Shown here: positions 59,874-64,000 of the stretch, piece after piece
How positions within the stretch are numbered: the stretch's first letter is position 1
Layout: each line of letters begins with the position of its first letter
NCBI GenBank assembly: GCA_963770935.1
Contig: CAVYRJ010000007.1
Span: forward strand, 32,001-96,000
Reading direction: 5' to 3'
Length of the DNA stretch: 64,000 nt
DNA from: Candidatus Bathyarchaeota archaeon
GTDB lineage: Archaea > Thermoproteota > Bathyarchaeia > Bathyarchaeales > Bathycorpusculaceae
The notes under the pieces: model-generated
What the model saw: only the letters and a program-made list of their open reading frames with translations
Database searches by the model: none
Told to the model about the DNA's origin: nothing
Position numbers and translations under genes: made by a program

Positions 59874-60740
59874 TTATTTTGGACTGTTTGCTTTTTTCAA
59901 GTTTTTTTTGGCGCGTGAGTGCTTAAATTTGGTTAATTTGATGATTTCTTCCTTATCAACTGGTTCCTTCGAGAAGTTAAGTTTTTTTAGCAGTTTTTCA
60001 CCCGCCTTTGTCCTAATAATCACGGTTGAGTACCCTTTTTTGCTTCCTACGGAACCTACTGAGATGTCGGCTTGATGTGAGGTGAAATCATCGCAAAATC
60101 GGCATGCTCCTTCAGCGGCGACATCGAGGTCTTTTACTTTGCAGCTAATCTCTTTTCCATCAAAGTACATCATGAATTTTCCATGCTGAACTTGAGTCTT
60201 CTCTGCTTTGTCCAAATCAACGTCAAACCTTGCCTTTATTTCATCTTTTAGTTTGGCGATATTAAAGGCTTCAAAACAAAATAAACCGATAATCGTGATT
60301 TTGCAATCGTTATTGAGGGTTTGCTGGATTTTTCTCGCCGTTTTAGCTTCGCAGGGCGTGCAAACGATGGCTATTCGCTTTTTGTCGCAGCTGATTAGTT
60401 CTCGTAATTTTTTTGTGACATTAACTTTGAGATATTTAGTTCCCTTCGCCGCCAAAACATCACTAGGATTCTCGGCAACGACTGCTTCAGCGCTATACCC
60501 TTTCCCGCGGCGAACAACTATGGCTGAATCAAACAAGCCCTCCTCAAAACCTTTAACCAAAAGTGAAGTAGCTATTCCGCCGTCCTGTCCCTTAATGCTG
60601 CTTTTTGCAGAAAAAATGTCACAGTAAACGCCAAGGTCCTTGTCTTCTATATCTTTCAAGAATTTCTGCGCGATTTTTGCTTTGTCTTGCGCGTCGGGGT
60701 TTTGATGTTTTTCTGTTTTAGTTGTGTTCGTCTCAGGCAT
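59874..60740 (-). CDS. F420-reducing hydrogenase/dehydrogenase beta subunit (FrhB/FpoF family)
   Basis: GQDGGIATSLL, GTKY, TPCE, IGLFCFEAF, CRFCDDF...ADISVGSVGS..GYSTVIIRT. Confidence 0.9.
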   Translation of the reverse strand: MPETNTTKTEKHQNPDAQDKAKIAQKFLKDIEDKDLGVYCDIFSAKSSIKGQDGGIATSLLVKGFEEGLFDSAIVVRRGKGYSAEAVVAENPSDVLAAKGTKYLKVNVTKKLRELISCDKKRIAIVCTPCEAKTARKIQQTLNNDCKITIIGLFCFEAFNIAKLKDEIKARFDVDLDKAEKTQVQHGKFMMYFDGKEISCKVKDLDVAAEGACRFCDDFTSHQADISVGSVGSKKGYSTVIIRTKAGEKLLKKLNFSKEPVDKEEIIKLTKFKHSRAKKNLKKANSPK

Positions 60741-60965
60741 ATTCGAAGTTCAACCGAAACTTTGATAAACTTAGTGGGTGTTTTCGAGCAAATAAAGTTT
60801 TAAACGTTTATTATAGTAATCGCATTGAATTGAAACCACCAAATACTGATCAGCCTATCTTTAGGTTCTTGAGACAAGTTTTCACTATTCTACAAATATG
60901 TTTCTGTTTTTTCAAGGAAACGTAAATTAGTTTGGCAAGAAAATTATTCCTAGTTTGTGATTTGT

Positions 60966-61745
60966 ATGAAAGTAGCTGTTGCTGGTAAAGGCGGCGTCGG
61001 CAAAACTCTCATCGCCGGCGGTTTAGCTCATGGTTTCGCTGAGCGTGGACTAAAAACAATAGGGATTGACGCGGATTCCTCCCCAAATTTAGGTTTAACA
61101 TTGGGGTTATCAGCGGAAGAAACACGTAAAATAGTGCCCATTTCAGATAATAAGCCCTTGGTGGAGTCAAAAACAAGCACTGGCTACTCAGGCGTTTACA
61201 ACCTAAACTTCAGCGTAGACGATATCGTAAAACAATACTCAATACCCACCCCTCTTGGAGTAAACTTGATTGTTATGGGAACAGTCCACTCAATGGGGGC
61301 AGGTTGCATGTGCGCCCCAACAGCTGTCATTCGTGCCTTGTTAAGGCACCTTGTTGTTGAACGCAATGAAGCAGTTGTTCTAGACCTTGAAGCTGGAGTG
61401 GAACACATCGGAAGAGGTACCGCGCAAGAGGTTGATGCATTGATAATCGTTGCAGACTCCAACTTAAAATCTCTAGAAATTGCCAAGCACATCCATGACA
61501 TGGCTAACGCGGCGGGAATGAAACATCTCTATCTTGTGGGCAACAGAGTAATGAACGACACTCAAAAAGAAGCAATCCAATCTTTCGCAGCCCAAAACGG
61601 TCTTTCCATCTTGTCTTTTGTGCCTTTCGACCAAAAAGTAATCGAGGCTGACATGCTTGGCGTAACCCCGCTTAAGAACAAGGAAATAACAGCCGTTAAA
61701 ACAATAGATGGAATATGCGATCTTTTATTAAAGAAAGCAGCCTAG
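60966..61745 (+). CDS. cooC: CooC/AcsF nickel-insertion ATPase
   Basis: GKGGVGKT, IDADSSPNL, GAGCMCAP (CxC) and DLEAGVEHIGRG. Confidence 0.9.
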   Translation: MKVAVAGKGGVGKTLIAGGLAHGFAERGLKTIGIDADSSPNLGLTLGLSAEETRKIVPISDNKPLVESKTSTGYSGVYNLNFSVDDIVKQYSIPTPLGVNLIVMGTVHSMGAGCMCAPTAVIRALLRHLVVERNEAVVLDLEAGVEHIGRGTAQEVDALIIVADSNLKSLEIAKHIHDMANAAGMKHLYLVGNRVMNDTQKEAIQSFAAQNGLSILSFVPFDQKVIEADMLGVTPLKNKEITAVKTIDGICDLLLKKAA

Positions 61746-61903
61746 CGTCGGGAATTTCCAAATAAATTTCTTTTCTTGTGGGTATTTAGCTTCTGTGTTT
61801 TGGTGAGAAAGCTCTGATAGAAGAAAAAGCTGTGTACTGCCCTTTTTGTTCTGGTTGTTTTAGGTTGCTTTTTTGATTTAGGGCTTGATTTGGTTGCAGA
61901 TTG

Positions 61904-61963
61904 AGTCAGTAATAGTCAGTAATAGTCTATAGTAGTCCTTAGTAGTCAGTGATAGTCTGTAAC
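61904..61963. repeat. six tandem imperfect 10-bp repeats (AGTCAGTAAT consensus)
   Basis: AGTCAGTAAT AGTCAGTAAT AGTCTATAGT AGTCCTTAGT AGTCAGTGAT AGTCTGTAAC. Confidence 0.85.
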
Positions 61964-62142
61964 CTTACAGGAATCGAAAACAAAATCCTGCAAATCCAAG
62001 ACGTTGATATATTACATCGCAGGATCAGACTTAATTCCCGAGTTACGCAAAGACACCCCTGAACTCAAAAAATCTGCTTTGCAATCGGGGTCTCTGATTA
62101 TGGGGGTTATCCCAATGTTATTGTTGTTGCTATTGGAGTAAC

Positions 62143-63132
62143 TTACAGCACGTATAGATTTCCAACACTATTGGCCACAAAAGCCTCTGAGAATTTCTCA
62201 TGTATGGCATAGAGTGCTCGCCAACCTGTACAATGTGACGGCACGATTAATTCAGGATTAATTTGTATTAATTCCCCTATTGTAGGCATTATTCTTTTTT
62301 CAAATTCTTTCCCAGCTAAATGAAAGCCGCCAAATACAGCGTAAACCTTTGTTGTTCCAGTGATCTGTTGAACATAGTGTATTGTATTAATTATTCCTGC
62401 ATGAGCGCACCCAGAAATGATGACTAAACCCTTGCCTTTCACATTAAAGACCAAAGCACGTTCATCTAAGATCAACGGATCAGACTGCCACATGCCATCC
62501 CTGTGAATTCGATTCTGAGTAAAGCCCTTTTCAAAATCAACAGTTCTCGGTATCTCACCAGTTACACAAGCCAAATCTTGGGCAATCAATTGTGGTTTTT
62601 TTGTGTTTACAATTTCTGCAGGCATAAGCTCCCATAAATGTGGAAACGATGGATATTCCTTGATTTCTCCTTTAGAATTGGCTGTTCCTCTACGCTTAAC
62701 CATGTCTTCATGAGATATTATTGTTAAATCGCTTTTGTTAACCGCCTTTACCACTTCGGATAATCCCCCGAAATGATCGTAATGGCCATGTGAAAGAACA
62801 ACAAAGGAAACTTCGCTTAAGTCAACTCCCATCCGCTTAGAATTAATGACTACTCCTTTGGGACTAACGCCTGTGTCAAATAGCAAAGTGCAGACTTTTT
62901 CACCGCTAAAAACTCTGATAAGCACACAAAAACCGTGCTCTGCAAACGGCAGTTCTGGATGTGCTTGAGCCCACTCGCATTCATATCGCTCTTTAGTCCA
63001 ATTTCTCAGCGATTGCACCTCTTTTCTAGAGTTGCTTGACAGAAAATCTACACTATTATCCATTAAAGAAACAATTTCCAATTTTGACGTTTCTTTTAAT
63101 CCTACAGTTCCATTTTTCAAAGGGATAACCAT
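62143..63132 (-). CDS. MBL-fold metallohydrolase (MJ0301/MptH-like family)
   Basis: AEHG, LFDTG, SHGHYDHFGG, SGCAHAG, GGFHL and PSHCTG. Confidence 0.88.
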   Translation of the reverse strand: MVIPLKNGTVGLKETSKLEIVSLMDNSVDFLSSNSRKEVQSLRNWTKERYECEWAQAHPELPFAEHGFCVLIRVFSGEKVCTLLFDTGVSPKGVVINSKRMGVDLSEVSFVVLSHGHYDHFGGLSEVVKAVNKSDLTIISHEDMVKRRGTANSKGEIKEYPSFPHLWELMPAEIVNTKKPQLIAQDLACVTGEIPRTVDFEKGFTQNRIHRDGMWQSDPLILDERALVFNVKGKGLVIISGCAHAGIINTIHYVQQITGTTKVYAVFGGFHLAGKEFEKRIMPTIGELIQINPELIVPSHCTGWRALYAIHEKFSEAFVANSVGNLYVL

Positions 63133-63134
63133 CG

Positions 63135-63704
63135 CTATAGAGTTCCTCGATAATGTAAAGTAGCAGGGCAGCCAACACATTTTTTGGTTTCATATCTTGC
63201 ACAAGTGCAGCAATCCACTTCACACGGTGCTTTGTCCTTTCCCTTGTGAGTGAGATATTCTCTAATTTGAAGAAACTGTGAAAACTCATTTTCACTGATT
63301 GGGTAAAACTCTGACCTGCGAATTCCCGCACTACTTCTTAATGAACACTTCTCCACAGATATGCTGTCAAGTGTATCTTGGTCTTCCGCAATAACAAGAG
63401 CGATTAAGTTGTATCCACCAATAGTTTTGAAGATGTGGACTACCCGCGGGCAATCCTTGAAGCGCTTCATGACGTTTTGCATTGACTCAGCATCTTTCAT
63501 TTCTAACAGTATCATGGCTGGAATTAACCTGAAAGCTGCAGGGTTCATTAAAGCTTGATTTCTTATGACTCCTTGATCTATCAGTTTGTTTAGTCTCTTC
63601 TTGACGCCGACATTAGTGAATCCTGTAATCTGTGCGAGTTCTTCAAGCGTTGTTCTTGCGTCGATTTGTAGTTTGCTGATTATTTTTCTGTCAACGTCGT
63701 CCAT
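63135..63704 (-). CDS. Lrp/AsnC regulator with C-terminal Cys-rich extension
   Basis: HTH + RAM domain; APC...CCTC......CVGCP tail. Confidence 0.88.
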   Translation of the reverse strand: MDDVDRKIISKLQIDARTTLEELAQITGFTNVGVKKRLNKLIDQGVIRNQALMNPAAFRLIPAMILLEMKDAESMQNVMKRFKDCPRVVHIFKTIGGYNLIALVIAEDQDTLDSISVEKCSLRSSAGIRRSEFYPISENEFSQFLQIREYLTHKGKDKAPCEVDCCTCARYETKKCVGCPATLHYRGTL

Positions 63705-63795
63705 AGATTCAACCTTCTTGTTTACTTTCTAAACATAACATATTAATATTGTTTATATATTAAACTATGTTATCATCAAAACAAAGGTTATCCGA

Positions 63796-64000
63796 ATGAC
63801 GAAAAGAATAATGATGCCAGTTGAAGACGAAAAAGGATTAGAAGGTAAAATTGCACACCACTTTGGAATGGCGCCCTACTTCGCCATAGTAGAACTTGAC
63901 GAGAACCAAAAAACTCCAAAGGTCAAAATTGAACCTAACAGATCTGAGCATATGGGCGGTGCCCCAGGGCACTCGCATGAAAGTTTCCTGGCATTGAAAC
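63796..64000 (+). CDS. NifB/NifX-family (FeMo-cofactor-binding-like) protein, 3'-truncated by window edge
   Basis: Manual translation MTKRIMMPVEDEKGLEGKIAHHFGMAPYFAIVELD...N; HFGxAPYF signature. Confidence 0.85.
   Translation, partial: MTKRIMMPVEDEKGLEGKIAHHFGMAPYFAIVELDENQKTPKVKIEPNRSEHMGGAPGHSHESFLALK

Noticed and set aside
61904-61963. CRISPR array, or a parC centromere for the adjacent ATPase
   Set aside because: Units are 10 bp with no spacers; the ATPase has the CooC CxC and EHIGRG motifs rather than ParA features

Overview
Archaeal chromosomal core region, most consistent with a TACK-group archaeon and probably Bathyarchaeia (inferred from separate GINS15/GINS23, a thaumarchaeosortase-like gene, cofE/FrhB/CooC, and gene order). 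The left half is an information-processing super-cluster (rsmA, Mtq2, Trm11, rpl10e, ppsA, dph2, csl4, rpoL, TFS, gins15, priS, priL, pcn, rpl44e, rps27e, nop10, PAC2, mcm, gins23, rfcS/L, taw1, rpoP, Trm5, Trm112). The right half holds sugar-nucleotide genes, guaA, cysE/cysK, tRNA-Leu(GAG), argS, two deoxyhypusine-synthase paralogs, an RLAN/ATP-grasp/GCS2 ligase module, cofE-MetF-like-FrhB, cooC and an Lrp/MBL/NifX-like locus. I saw no transposase, integrase, CRISPR array, rRNA or intein. Frameshifts in the first 13.3 kb look like sequencing or assembly indels. Most notable: (i) aIF2-alpha is reduced to a 21-codon scar inside its conserved operon; (ii) a tandem DHS pair sits next to a two-ligase peptide/amide-forming module; (iii) an intact but apparently catalytically dead UDP-sugar dehydrogenase; (iv) a MetF-like gene between FrhB and cofE; (v) helically phased 10-bp repeat arrays; (vi) an inversion of the pcn-gins15 block with a glycosylation cassette inside it. 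All product calls come from motif recognition, not database searches.
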